64,000 nucleotides of DNA from Hydrolagus colliei (lineage: Eukaryota): assembly GCA_035084275.1 (NCBI GenBank), contig CM068744.1:62248001-62312000 (forward strand). The letters run 5' to 3'. Below the pieces are notes generated by a model. The model was not told where the DNA came from. It did no database searches and saw nothing but the letters and a program-made list of their open reading frames with translations. Position numbers and translations under genes: made by a program. Below are positions 1 through 12,912 of the stretch, one piece after another; positions within the stretch are counted from its first letter, which is position 1, and each line of letters opens with the position of its first letter.

Positions 1-416
1 AAGGGTGGCAACCACTAATTACAAAGCATGTTTATTTGATGACCATAGATATTTCAACAAATGATTCATTTATAAATTAGAATAAATTCGTTACAATATA
101 ACAATTATATAGCAAAAGTGACTGAAGCTGCTAAACCAAACCTCAGGTGTTTTATTTCAATTGTGCAGGTGATTGAGCTCACCTGTACCTGTTGGGCACT
201 GTTCTGTCAGCTAACTATTCTGATGTCGTCAAAAGCAAGCAAATCTTGACAAAAAGGTGTTAAAGTTAATGATAACCCTTGCAATAAATAGGAATAATAA
301 TGCTTGCATTGGAGATAGGCAGTTATAATGTCTCAAAGTGCTTCAATGTTAATTTTATACTAGCTATATTTGTACATGAATGCAGCAATCAATTTGCAGC
401 AAGCAGAAACCACAGC

Positions 417-1160
417 AAGAACATAAGAATTAGGAGCAGGAGTAGGCCATTCGGCCCCTCATGACTGCCCTGCCATTTATTAAGATTGTGGCTGATCTTC
501 TAATCTAACTCCACCTACCCGCCTTATCCCCATATCCCTTAATCCCTTTAACCACAAGAAATCTATCAACCTCAGTCTTGAATATTTTCAAGGACTGAGC
601 ATCCACAGCCCTTTGGGGTAGAGAATGAATTCCATAAATTCACTACCCTCTGAGTAAAGATTTTTTTTTCAACTCAGTGCAAAAGGGTGACCCCTGGTTA
701 CAGTTTCTCCAATCAGGGGAAAAAGTCTACCACTATCTATTCTGTCATGTCCCTTAATAATCTTATAGGTTTCTATAAGATCACCTCGGATTCTTCTATA
801 TTCTACAGAATATAGGCCTAGATTGCTCAACCTATCCTCATAGCTCATCCCCCTCATCCCAGGTACCAACCTAGTGAATCTACGTTGTACCCCCTCCAAG
901 GTGAGTACATTCTTTCTTAAATAAGGAGACCAAAACTGCGCACAATATTCTAGGTGTGGTCTCACCAGGGCCCTATACAGTTGCAGCAAGACTTCCCTAT
1001 TCTTATATTCTAACCCTTTTGTAACGGACAACCATTAGCCTTCCTAATTGCTTGCTGTACCTGCAAACTAACTTTTTGTGGCTGGTGTACAAGGACACCC
1101 AAGTCCCTCTGAACGCTAACACCATCTAGTCTCTCCCCTTCTAAAAAATAATCTGCTCTA
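417..1160 (-). mobile_element. CR1 LINE 3' fragment (ORF2 RT C-terminus, 3' UTR and tail)
   Basis: ORFs 669-1031 and 1010-1195 give CR1 motifs (QRDLGVLV, LYRALVRPHLEYCAQFWSPY, RRIRGDLIETYKI). The minus-strand tail is GGCCGAATGGCCTACTCCTGCTCCTAATTCTTATGTTCTT. Frameshifted and internally deleted. Confidence 0.95.
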
Positions 1161-1164
1161 TAAA

Positions 1165-1460
1165 ATAAACAAGTTGCATTTATATAAAGCCCCAATGCAA
1201 GGTAGCGTCCCAGTGTGCTTGACAGTGGCGGAACGCGACAGTGGTGGAACGCGATGGAAGGGAGGAGGTGACTGTAGCTACCATCAAAAAGGAAGGTCTT
1301 CAGGCTCGACCAGAAGATGGGGAAAGATTAAGTGTTAATCATTAATGTCTATGTGAAAGGCAGATGAGATTTCTGTTTAGTACCTTATCCAAAGATCAGC
1401 ACCTCAACAATGGAGCACTGCGAAGCACTACACTGGAATGTCTCAGACTTGAAGCTCAAA
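1165..1460 (-). mobile_element. Degraded L2 tail plus old Deu-domain SINE fragment
   Basis: Weak similarity to the L2 3' ends and Deu-core copies elsewhere in the window. Confidence 0.5.
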
Positions 1461-1939
1461 TAATTCCTTATAATTTAAAAAATATATATACAGTATATAT
1501 ATATAGTTGCACACATCATTACATTTGCTTCATGTCATTTGGTAGAACATCATTCACCGGGCATATTAAAAGAAAACTGCGAAAAGGACTTCACAAATGA
1601 ATGTGATTGTGAAGCAATCTCTAGACCAATGTATCATGCTACTAAAGGAAAGCAGTGTCTGGTAGAATGTCAGCCTTTTTGAAGGTGGAAGATTATAATG
1701 CTGCTGATTCAGAGAGATTTGCTAGTAATCTGGTTGCAATTGTGCCCTGGTTGCAAGGGTACGCTACCCTACGAGATAGGCGCAACATAAATGCAAACTT
1801 TTGTACCTGTTTCAAAGAGAAAACACTTTGTGACACACTTCCATTCTCATGACATAAAGGTCATTTGCAATCATACTGTATTCAATATTAACTCCCACTT
1901 TCTTTTCATTGCCACTCTTATATTGCTCAATCACTTCAG

Positions 1940-2042
1940 AAACGAAAAAAGTTCAACACAGAGGAAACAAAAAGCAAAAATTCAACAAGCGGAGTTTAAC
2001 AAGCTCAACCTGCAATCAGTTGAAGCTATATATGAAATGAAG
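1940..2042 (+). CDS. Candidate internal coding exon (103 bp) of an unidentified host gene
   Basis: Pyrimidine-rich tract ending CACTTCAG, an open frame NEKSSTQRKQKAKIQQAEFNKLNLQSVEAIYEMK, and a consensus donor AAG|GTGAGT. No homology recognised. Confidence 0.4.
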
Positions 2043-2069
2043 GTGAGTTGTTCTCTGCAAAATTTGTGA

Positions 2070-2145
2070 TCAACAACAACAACAACAACAAAATTACAGT
2101 TGTAGATTCCCTTTCACGTCAGGAAGATATCCCAAAGCGTTGAAG
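2070..2145 (-). mobile_element. L2 extreme 3' tail with (TTG)n
   Basis: Reverse complement of TGACGTGAAAGG...TGTAATTTTGTTGTTG, matching other L2 ends here. Confidence 0.75.
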
Positions 2146-3234
2146 AGTCAGGGATTGCTGTTGTGTTATTTGTGGTTTTCTACTTTGAGAGTGAATCTGT
2201 GGTATTAGCTACTTAAAAAAACAGTAATTAAAGGCTTAATGTTTGTTTCCGTGTGCTGATCATGGTAGTTAGGCGAAACTGATTATATAAAAAGTCAATG
2301 TAAATTAACATAAATTAAAGCATACAGATGAAAGGAAAGCCATTACTTTTAATTATAGATGGGGTGTTCCTTATCCATGATTCAATTCCATTCTTGAGCA
2401 GGATAAACCAGCTCAATGAATAAACCTTTGTTGCATTCTATACCTTTTGTGGTACGTGAATGATACTAATAAATAGAAAATTATTTTTAGTGTGACTGAC
2501 ATTTTCAATAATCCTTTCAAAGTTAAGAAAGGTTTTTAAATGTGACAGCAAAAAAAAAAACAGGTTTTTCCCCAAACTAATTTGAAATCTTGATTCACCT
2601 TGAAAGGTTTTTTTCTTCCCTATAAAACTCATGTGGAAATTGGGTGTAATTTTATTAGCACTTTTCCCAAAGAGATTAGAATTTTTGTGAGATATTGATT
2701 GCAAGTAAGCTTATGTAAGGGAGAATATCTTGGGTTGGGAGTCACAATAATGTGGCTGTAAATCCTTCACAATGTACACAGCAATGTTTCCTTTCCAACG
2801 TAATTGCTGCATGTAAAATTTTGTTGTTTTATAATAATGAAGATCACCTCTTCAGCAAATATAGATTGCATTTAAAATTAAGTAACGAGACTTGACTATA
2901 CTCTTCCACCATTCCCAAAAATATACCCCCACAATCTTCAAATGGAAACTGCCACAATTCAATCTCACAGTTAAGAACAATACGCTACATACAGTTTTAA
3001 AAAAAAATTCATCTCAGCTTTTAGATCGCAGTAAATAATCCGCTTTTGTAATCATGGCCATGCTCCTACTCTCCTCCATCTACCTCCTTTTGATTAAAAA
3101 ATATAGCCTTTAATCTAAAAATTGGATGTGAATTTGTGAACACAGAGGAAATCACAACAATTTGTACAGCAGCTCGTGCTCAAAAGCATCAAGACAGCAT
3201 AATGTGACATTGCAATGCATAGATATTGAACTCT

Positions 3235-3420
3235 AATAATAATCCTTGCATTTGATATATCGCTTTTCACTTCTTCTAGCATTCTCAAAGTGCTTCACAG
3301 AATACAGTTAAGTGAATTGACTCTATATCTGTGGGCAAAATGTAGCAGCCAATTGTGCACAGCAGTATCCCACAAACAATGGAGGATTGAAATAACCAAT
3401 TTATTATTGTTTTTTTGAGG
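3235..3420 (-). mobile_element. Deu-SINE 3' half
   Basis: Reverse complement of GCTGTGCACAATTGGCTGC...ATATCAAATGCAAGGATTATTATT. Confidence 0.85.
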
Positions 3421-4319
3421 GAATATTATTATTAATAATCGATAACAGATCTAATGAAAAAACAGGCAATTTGAGAGATTTGGGAATGACAAGTCTAGAA
3501 AGCACGGGCAAAGTGTCTGAAAGTTTGCGTGTCTGAAATCCAAAGGAGTAATAAACAATAAAAATGATTCATAATAGATGAAGTGATGCATTTCTAAGTT
3601 GAAACAATACCAAATTTGGGCTGCTTAGCTAAATTAATGGGGGAGAACATGTCCAGTTGATTACTATACTACGCAGAAAATAAAGAAAACTGCAGTCAAA
3701 ATGAGATTTGAGGCACAATAGGAAAATCCTGACGTGACAAGCACATCCTCTGTGCACCTCTAATAGCATGGTAAACACAGTCTCTACAAACACGGAGACC
3801 ATTCCTTTGTAAATGTTTGGCTCCCGCATTTACAGCCTAAAATAAACGTTGAATGAAAATAAATTATCGAATGAGTGTGAATGACAGTTTTACAGTGCGG
3901 TAACATGACAATTCACTGTTAATTAAACCAAGGGTGCCATAAAAAGAGGAGTGGAAGATATTGGCTCTGAACCTTGTCAGTCCTAACTTCAAGTACTGAA
4001 TGCCATGGATTTGGGTTTATTAGTAAAAAGCATCCTGCTGTAAGACTCCTTCATGAATCCTTCAGGATCACTTGCAAATGGCAAATTGATTAACAGAGGA
4101 ATGTGCATAATAGCAATCCTACTCATCTGATTTTGTTCAGTGCTCAGTAATGAGTTATTGCAAGAAAGTGGCATCTTCTAAAATGAGATGTGATTACACG
4201 ATTCCATTTAACTTACAGCATTGTCTGAGTCAGCAGCTCCGACTTTGGAAGCAATGTTGTAAGCTAGATCAAATGCTGTTGTTACTTAAAACACAAAAAA
4301 CTTAATCACAAACTCAGAT

Positions 4320-4710
4320 CAACAACGACAACAACAAAATTACATTAATAGAGCACCTTTCACGTTGGGAGGATGTCCCAAGGCGCTGAACAGTTAGGTC
4401 TGGACCTGAGCCGGGTAGGGGGGTGGGGCGGGGAGAGGGGGAAGGGGGGAGGGGTAGGGGAAGGAGAGTAGGAGAGGGGGGAGAGTTCGGGGGGGAGCAG
4501 AAGGCACGGTCGAAGAGGAAGATCTTGAAACCGGCCTTGATGGAGGAAAGGGAGGAAGCCATGCGAAGGGATTGTGAGATGGAGTTCCAGAGTGTGGGGG
4601 CAGAGAAGCTGAAAACCTGGCCGCCGATGGCAGAGCAGGCCAGAGCCCGCCGAATGGAGGGGACGGGCAGGCTGATAGGGAGACAGCAGGTCAGAGAGAT
4701 AGGCAGATCA
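4320..4710 (-). mobile_element. L2 LINE 3' end
   Basis: ORF2 end (KAGFKIFLFDRAF), C-rich 3' UTR and TTGGGACATCCTCCCAACGTGAAAGG...(TTG)n tail. Confidence 0.9.
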
Positions 4711-5462
4711 CTGGGTATTCAGGGAAATACATGGATTAAAAATTCACAGAAGGGAAGGAAGTAGAGTGTCATTCTGAAGGGGATCTAGATCAAAATGGGG
4801 GAGGTATTAAGTGTACTGTTGTGATGGGCAGACGGTAAATACTGTGGAAGGATGAGATCAACTGGGTCAATGGAGGATCTTTAACCAAACTAATCTTATG
4901 ATCTTACAAAGATAATTCCATTTCTATCAACTCTTGCAGTTGTTCTTAATGCCACCGCTGGAGGCAACAACATTTAGCACAATAAATAAATGAATAGTTG
5001 GCAAGCAACACTCTGACCAGAGGTGATGAGAAGGCTCAGCCAGACCAGTCACATTGAGCATTGGCTAAGAATAACTTCATTATAAGCCTTCTTCTGCACA
5101 AGGCACACTACAAAGTTCCACAACTAAAGTATTTGGAAATAAATGTTAGTTACCTAGACTGTAAATATTTTGCGAATCTGAAGTGTTAGACGAGAGTATA
5201 TGAGTTTAAAATGGTCATTTTATGGTAACTTAAGCAAGAGTCCAGAGAAAATATTTTGCCCCGAAAGTTGAAGATACCTGTATATTGAAGTTTCTCTTTG
5301 AATGTGGTTAAGATGTGGAAAAAAAGAACAACTGGTTTAGTGTGGGACTCTTGGTTATACCGAGATAGACACAGAGATAGTCAACTGTTCCATGGGTTGA
5401 AGGATGTGCTGAACAATTGTGTTAAAGCATGGACCAGATGCCTTTCCTTAATCTGTACTTTT

Positions 5463-5712
5463 TAATAATAATCGTTGCATTTGATATAGCACTTTTGACA
5501 TCTTATCGACGTCGCAAAGTGCTTCACAGAGTATACTGTAAAGTGAATTGACTGTATATTTGTGGGCAAAACGCGGCAGCCAATTGCGCACAGCAGTGAC
5601 CCACAAACAGTCGTGGATTGAAATGACCAATTTTATTATTGTGTTTTTTTTTGGACGGATTATTATTAGGCGTGCGGGTGGAGTAAGGAAACTTACCCAA
5701 GGTTTCACGCCC
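5463..5712 (-). mobile_element. Deu-SINE, short subfamily, 5'-truncated
   Basis: High similarity to the 37977 and 39722 copies. Confidence 0.88.
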
Positions 5713-5897
5713 TTATGTACTTAACATGTCTCATGAGCATGCAAATAGAACTGTTGAAAATAGATTCAATTGATATTCAAATTAACTGTTTGTTCGGTTA
5801 TACTTAATCAAATAACATAGAACATTTCAGCACAGATATAGGCTATGTAATCTAACTAGTCACTACCTCTCCTTATCAGATCTTCTCCACACCTTTA

Positions 5898-6345
5898 TAA
5901 TAATAATTTGTGCATTTGACATCACGCCTTATCACGTCAATGAAACATCTCAAAGTGTTTCATAGAGTATATTGTAAAGTAAATTGACTGTGTGATTTGT
6001 GGGTAAATTGCGACAGCCAACTGTGCACAACAATGTCCCACCAATAGTCATGAATCAGTAACCACATTTTTTTAAAGGTATTATTACACCCGGAAATTAA
6101 TCGATTAACAACAAGAATCCTACTTACTGCTAGGTAAACAGAGGCGTGTGGAGTAAGAGAACTTATCTAAGGTTTCCTTTCTTTTCTCCAGAGATGCTGC
6201 TTGACCTGCTGAGTGTTCCCAGAGATTTTTGTTTCAGACTTCCAGCATCTGCAGTAGTTTCCATTTTGCCTAAGGTTGTGTCCTGCCCAGGAACTGAACT
6301 CTACTTGATTGTAAAGTGAGCACACTAACCTATACACTATGGGGC
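5898..6345 (-). mobile_element. Full-length tRNA-headed Deu-SINE (long subfamily) interrupted by an insertion
   Basis: Tail at 5898, Deu segment, and degenerate tRNA head at about 6280-6345. Confidence 0.85.
6175..6269 (+). mobile_element. Penelope-like element terminal fragment inserted in a SINE
   Basis: CCAGAGATGCTGCTTGACCTGCTGAGT...CCAGCATCTGCAGT resembles the chondrichthyan Penelope-type repeat terminus (recalled). It is flanked by the direct repeat CTAAGGTT at 6167-6174 and 6270-6277. Confidence 0.65.
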
Positions 6346-8144
6346 TTTACTGTTTCACCTGTTTCCTTCTCTCTCAGGTAACTATCCTAAGCATTGAAAG
6401 CTGAAACGAGAATTACTCAGTTTCTATACCGTCAACGGAAGCTATAAAAAACTTTCTCACAGAGATTTCCAGTTACAAATGTTACATGTTCTCTTTATAT
6501 ATCATCCTGCAAGATGCTCAGACCCAAGCTCTGAGGGTGAGTGAATTACTAACTGGAGGTCACACTTCTTGGGCAGTATGGTGCTGTAGATTCAAAAATG
6601 CAACTGTTTCCAACTTATCATCATAAGCAATGCTTCCAGTCTACCACAGAGTATTTGTAGCTGAATAGTGTAAACAGGTGCTGAAATCGGATTACAAAGG
6701 CTCTGTACAGTCAGCCATTGTGAACCACCTCCCAGCATTATGCCTGCCAGAAAGTCAATGTAATCCATGTAATCCACTTGCATTCTTCATACTGGTATTT
6801 AATACTTTTAAGATGGATTTGTTCACAATGTGTACACAAAAAATTCCACACAGAAAATAATCATGTGTTGGATTCCAGAGCATACTGTGAGGTGGCAGAG
6901 ATTGGACACACACGGAAAAGGCTATGCGCGCATGAGTGTGCACATATATAATGTGCTTGTATTGTAAAGTCTTTATAGCTCCCATACTGTGTCTGTGTGG
7001 AATATTTCTATGTATCAATGTGGGCTGTACCTATACAAGTAGATTGCCATAGTGAGTATACTGTTATTTCGGACATGATCATTTTCAAATTCAGTAGATA
7101 GAACCATTTCTTTGTGTAAAACAGCAGAATGCTAGTTATCCACACATCAATCATGTCCATTTATCCATTTATCTACATTAGGTGATGGAAGTGCGTGTGC
7201 ATGAGTGAAGTTGCCCAAAGTTTGTTAGAGACATGATTATCCTGCACTGTGTCCCAGGAACCTTGCAGACATGCATATCAACACAATTGGATGACTTTGC
7301 TATAGCACATAAATAAGTCTTTAGATATTTATGTCTATACAGTGTAGCTTGACAGATATGTAAACAGACTTCAAAATAAAGAAATTTATAGAATTAAAAA
7401 TAGAAATTTAGAAAGAAAGGCAGAATGAGACTGCACACAAGAGAGAGACAAAAAAGACAACATGTGAAAGAGAAAAAGTGTGAAGAGAGAAAGGAGTCTG
7501 AAAGAGGAGTCTGGCACAGCGTGGTGCCATAGTGACAGTATAACTGCTAATGGTACAGTTTTTTGGATAGCAATGAAATCAATTGGTATTTTGAGTGATG
7601 TCTAATTATCATACTGTTTGCTTATCTGCCATGGGGCCAATCGTAAGTTGTTCAGATAATCATCTCTCCATTGCATTGCCAACTTTCACTTCCTCTCACT
7701 GATGGGACACATTCCCCATTCAAAGCTTGCATGAGTATTCAGTTTGCTATTGTGGCTTATTTATTGCTGTTTATTCAGTGAATAATTTTTGTTTATAATA
7801 TGTATTTGTAGATTATTCTACAGTTGTACAAAAACATGCTTATATAATTATATAGCACCTTGCACTATACTTGAAAGGTTCAGTTTCTACCTCTCACACT
7901 GGCTCCATTTTACCTCCACAAATGGTTTCTCCTCTAGCCCCCGCACTGTCTCGTGCAGTGCTCATTCTTGTTCCCCTCGTCTTCAACTTCGATATGCTTC
8001 CTCTTGGTGACATCATCCAAAGCCATGGATAATGAGCATCTTGAATTTGATCCACTGGAGCATGTGGAGCACTGGAGCTGAACGAGAAAGGGCTCAAGAA
8101 GCCTGCTGCAGGAATGTTCCCAATGGACTGATTGGGCATTGGGA

Positions 8145-8472
8145 GAATTGAGCCTGTATGTTATGGAACCTGGGTTCGATTCCCAGGCAGGGCGAAATGT
8201 TGGGCAAGTTTCCTCTAAATGCCTTGTCTACGTAGCAGTAAGTAAGAATCTGGTTGTTAGTCAATCGGCTCGGATAACTTTTCTGGGGATAGTAATAATT
8301 TAGTCACTCAATCCAAGACTGTTTCTAGGACATTGCTGTGCACAATTGGCTGCCACAGTTCACCCACAATATTCCCAGTCAATTCCCTGTGCAATATGTT
8401 CTGTGAAGCGCTTTGAGATGTCCAGAAGATGTGAAAAGCCCTACATCAAATGCAAGGATTATTATTATTTAT
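8145..8472 (+). mobile_element. Deu-SINE, long subfamily
   Basis: B box GGTTCGATTCC, Deu segment and (ATT)n tail. Confidence 0.88.
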
Positions 8473-9347
8473 TAGCATGGAGAGAGAGATAGTAATGGAA
8501 GAGCACAATGTTGTGAAACTGAAGGAAAGCCAAGTGAATAAGAGCCCAGCCAGTTTAGACAGTTGCAGGTATTGAACAGGCCAAAGAGGTCCTACGGCAG
8601 GATGGAATGAGCATCCATGCAGATGGATGAGGTCAGTGCCTTTGTTGAGGAGGTGCCGATGGGAACATACATCAGAAACTTACAAGGAACGTGAAAATAA
8701 TATCCCTGGATAAACAAAGCAAAAGTACCAATATGAAATGGAAACTTTGCAGGGCAAATGGCACATGTCTCGGAACATCTTCCTGACGTGAAAGGCAATG
8801 TACAAGTGTAATTTTGTTGTTGTTGTTGGGTCTCAACTCCTTCCATTATATGCAATTGACTCTTAGTGGGGAAACTCTTTGAATCAGATCATTGAAGCAA
8901 CTTACAAAGTAAAGCAAAACCAATTATCACAGGTTTGACAGGGAGGAACTGCATATAATTCCTTAATCTTAGCTCGAAACCTCAGATCTTTGACAACCAG
9001 AATATGTATTGCTAATCAACCCACACAATCCAGCTCCAAAGGTTGATTATTCTGTTTAACTCAGCAGTTTTTGATGGAAAGTGCCATTCCTCACTCACAT
9101 ACGATTACATTGCTTTAAACTTGATTCTGCAGAATCTGTGCACACTGAAGTCCTGCTGTGATCTGCCAGATATGTTTCTGGCAATATGAGAGATTTTAAG
9201 TATATTTTTAAAAAGGATAGAAATGGGACAAGAGAAAATTGAATCAATGGAAATGAAAGGACATTTGTACTTCAAGAAGTCAGCAAAACAAGTCAGAAAT
9301 AGTGTGGACCTAGGACAACTACTCCACAGACATGACTTATTGAAATA

Positions 9348-9819
9348 CAGGCATCCCTCTCCAACTGCAGGGGATACGTTCCTGAAAGCCCCCATGGTTA
9401 GCAAAACCGCGGTTGGAAAATACAAGGCTTTATGGGAAAAATGGGGTCAGGAGGAGTAAGTTGCTTGTTCTTTTACTAAACACAAAAATACACAATAACC
9501 TAACAAAAACAATAAATGTTCAAATAACACAATAAAAAAGAATATAAAAAATAATAAATTCATGTTATTTACCTTAATCCTAAGAGAGAAGCGACATTGT
9601 GGCTGGTTGATGCAACTGGGTCCTAGCGCCAAACGCCAGCGCGAAGCGACATCGTGGCTGGTTGATGCAATTGGGTCTTAGTGTCAAATGCTAGTGTTAG
9701 TGTTAAAACCCGTGGATAAGCAAAATTCACTGCCGCTGTTGGCAAAGTTGTCGCAGAGAGAAAACTGTGTATACATGAAATCCGTGGCTGCCAAGACCAC
9801 GGTTGGGGCGGGATGCTTG
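9348..9819. mobile_element. Tigger/pogo-like MITE (family A)
   Basis: TIRs CAGGCATCCCTCTCCAAC and GTTGGGGCGGGATGCTTG, TA on both sides, and an internal tandem duplication of about 55 bp at 9588-9695. Confidence 0.85.
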
Positions 9820-9821
9820 TA

Positions 9822-10119
9822 CAGTACAAGCTTGGTTATCCAGCAACCAACCAATCGGCACGCTCAACCAACCGATATCTCCCAATACAAGTAAAATTTG
9901 AGTATACACAAGGGTTGACTGTATTATTTATTTATGCTTTATTGGTAAAGATCCATACAATATTCTATTATTATTTAGTCTATTATTAATCTGGTATGTT
10001 TTAAAATAAGTTAATTTTTTGTGTAGGATTTTCGGCAACTTGCCACTCGAATATCCGGCATATTTGATTAACCGGCACCGGTCAGGTTCTGAGGGTGCCG
10101 AATAACAAAGCTTTTACCG
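9822..10119. mobile_element. Tigger/pogo-like MITE (family B)
   Basis: TIRs CAGTACAAGCTTGGTTATCC and CCGAATAACAAAGCTTTTACCG, TA flanks, and a right arm shared with the 31549 and 34258 copies. Confidence 0.82.
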
Positions 10120-10279
10120 TAATAGGATTAAAAAATTAACCCATTAATTGGAGTTGGGAAATAAGGGAAGAAATAGACAGATGAGAAGGCTTTTTATGTG
10201 CTGCTTTCATGTTAGGGACAATGCCTATAATTGTGAGCAAGATAATTAATCAATTTAACAATTTAAGGAAGAAATAATC

Positions 10280-10488
10280 TTTTACCCCCAAAAGGCTGTA
10301 GATGCTCCGTCCTTGAACATATTGAAGACTGGGATTCATAGATTTTTTTATGGATAAAGGGATTAAGGGATATGGGGATAAGACCGGCAAATAGAGCGAG
10401 ATTAGAAGATCAGCCATAATCTTATTGAATGGCTAGACAGGCTCAAGTAGCCGAATGGCCTACTCCTGCTCCTTATTCTTATGTTCTT
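10280..10488 (+). mobile_element. CR1 3' end
   Basis: Matches 60590-60800 and ends GAATGGCCTACTCCTGCTCCTTATTCTTATGTTCTT. Confidence 0.9.
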
Positions 10489-10489
10489 A

Positions 10490-10905
10490 TTTTACACAGT
10501 AGCTTTCAAACCAGGAGGCACTAGACCAGGAGAATGTCTTAAAGAAATTCACTGGATTTTCTGTCATGTGCAGTGACTGTGTAGACAAATATGGCAGCCA
10601 ATATGTGCACTCCACATTGAGGAAGAACCACCAATTTTCAATCAGGATTGTTGGGCTACACACTGGGACAAACTTCCTTTTCTTCTTGACTTGTGCCACA
10701 TAATCTTTAACTTCCATCTGAACAAAGAGATAGGACCTTGGTTTGACATTTCTTCCAAATGATGATACCTCCAATAATGCAGGTCTCAGTAGCGTTGTAT
10801 TGGAGTATCATCCCAGACAATGTGAGTTCAAAGTTCCAACTTGGGTCTTGAACCCACATCCTTCAGACTTTAAGATGAGTGTGCTGCCAACTGAACCAAC
10901 TGATC
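10490..10905 (-). mobile_element. Old SacSINE1/AmnSINE1-like Deu-SINE with full central domain
   Basis: The reverse complement shows a tRNA-like head (CAGTTGGCAGCACACTC...GTGGGTTCAAG) and a Deu core (AAACCAAGGTCCTATCT...CAGATGGAAGTTAAAGAT). Confidence 0.7.
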
Positions 10906-12050
10906 AACTGGAATTGGATAGTCTTGGCAGCAAGTGTATGTTAAATTACAGTTTCTCAAAGATTGCAATGGCAACTATAGATATAAACAGGAATTTCAGA
11001 GATTTATAGTTCTCTTCAGAATTGCAGTTGGATGAGAATTCATTAGAGAATTAAAGAAATCTCATGATCTATTACAATGCCGACCAGTTGCAACAATGGT
11101 TACTGTACATTTGAATCAGCTCAAGTCTTCATTTCCATCCTCTGTTTTGGCAAATTGTGGTGCTGTGATGAAGTGCATACTCCAGTGAATATTTCAGAAC
11201 ATACTGTATCTGGTTTGAGAAGATGGGAGCCAAGGCACAGCAGCAGCCCAGTAAGGGAGAAATGTTTGTAGCCAAGAGTTTTATGTTTGCCCTGAGACAT
11301 ACATTCCTCTTCTAAGGCTTTTTCCAAGGATGTTTTAGAGATAGCTTCTTAGAGTTTACAGCTAATTGGCTGTGTGCTACAGTTTGAATGAAGTGATGAT
11401 AAAATCTACTATTTGTTTTACAACATAGTTGAGCTTTAAATGTTAGGATAACAACCTAAGTTAAACAAATAAATCTCCGGGAGTGGCAGGGTATGACTTT
11501 CTGTCCAATTAACCCCACCACCTCCCACATGAAGTTTAAATTGACGATATTAAAATATTTCCCCCCCTCCCACACCCACTACCAACACTCACTCTGATTG
11601 GACAACCTGGATCAGAAAATCATTAATTTGGGGAATAAAAGCCATGTTTTGTTTGGTTTCATTTTTAACACGTCCAAACACAGAAACAAGAGCAGTGCCA
11701 CATAAATCAACTGGATTGAACAGAGAAAGGAAATTACTCCCAATATCTCAATAAAACACAATTGAAATATGATATTCTTTTTAACTTATTTTATTCAGTC
11801 GTGATAACTTTTATATTTAGTACAAATTTGCTTTACTTCACTGCGCCATCAATGAAAATGAAGGGGTAAATTTTGATGACTTAAAAGTCTAGTATGTTAG
11901 ATAGTAATAACAATAACTTGGATTTATATAGTGCCCTTCATGCTGCACCACGTCTCAGAATGCTTGAAATGTAATGATGTATAGTATTATCAAAGATTTT
12001 TACTTAACAAATATCTACTTAAACATTCAATGTAAATTATGTAGTAACAA

Positions 12051-12340
12051 TAATAATCCTTACATTTGATATAGTGCCATAGCATCTTGATGAGACATCT
12101 CAAAGTACCTCACAGAATATATTGTAAAGTGGATTGATTGTGTATTTGTGGGCAAAATGGGGCTGCCAATTGTGCACAGCAGGGTCCCACAAACAGTCGT
12201 GGATTGAATGACCACATTATTTTTAAGGGATTATTACCCATGGAAAGTGATCCACGAATCCACTTGCAACTGTGTTCCTACTTACTGGTCGGTAAACAGG
12301 CATGTAGAATTAAGAAACTTGCCTAAATTTGCCCCGCCCT
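12051..12340 (-). mobile_element. Deu-SINE, long subfamily
   Basis: Similarity to sibling copies in the window. Confidence 0.85.
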
Positions 12341-12739
12341 GCAGACTTTGCTTTATTTTTCTTTCCCAAGATCCACTAGACCTGCCCCTACTCTCCATCC
12401 AGAATACGTTTAGATGCCGTTTGCCTTTTGCCATGATGTGTTCCATTGGAGCAGCTCAATATTTATCAAATGCAAGGATTATTATTATCTAGGCTTGTTT
12501 TCTTCTGCTGGTTTGGCACAGTTATTCTGATTGACCACAGTTGACAGCTCCCCTCTCTATACAATATTGTTGGTGTTTCTATGGGATGAAATCCAGAGTT
12601 TTCACCTGTGTTACAATATTTTAGCAGATAATCAATAGGCAGTAACCAAGGAAGCAAGTACACACCACGATCAAAAAGCACTCGCAAACACTGCTTTTTG
12701 TGTATCTATACTGTATACTAATTTTTTTAGATAAAAAGC

Positions 12740-12912
12740 TGTTCGATAACAGCTTTTAAAAGAGAATTAGATCTTTATTTAGGGAGAACAAGTCTGTTAG
12801 GTTATGGGGAGAGAGTTGGGCAGTAGGATTGAATTGCTCTTTTCAAAGAGCTGGCACAGACTAGATGGGCCGAATAGCCTCCTTTTGTGCCGTAAAATTC
12901 TATGATTCTATA
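12740..12912 (+). mobile_element. CR1 (second family) 3' end
   Basis: GATGGGCCGAATAGCCTCCTTTTGTGCCGTAAAATTCTATGATTCTAT tail, near-identical to 16787-16960. Confidence 0.88.

Noticed and set aside
4415-4500. G-quadruplex-like G-rich tract
   Set aside because: It is the complement of the C-rich L2 3' UTR, seen in other L2 copies and not locus-specific.
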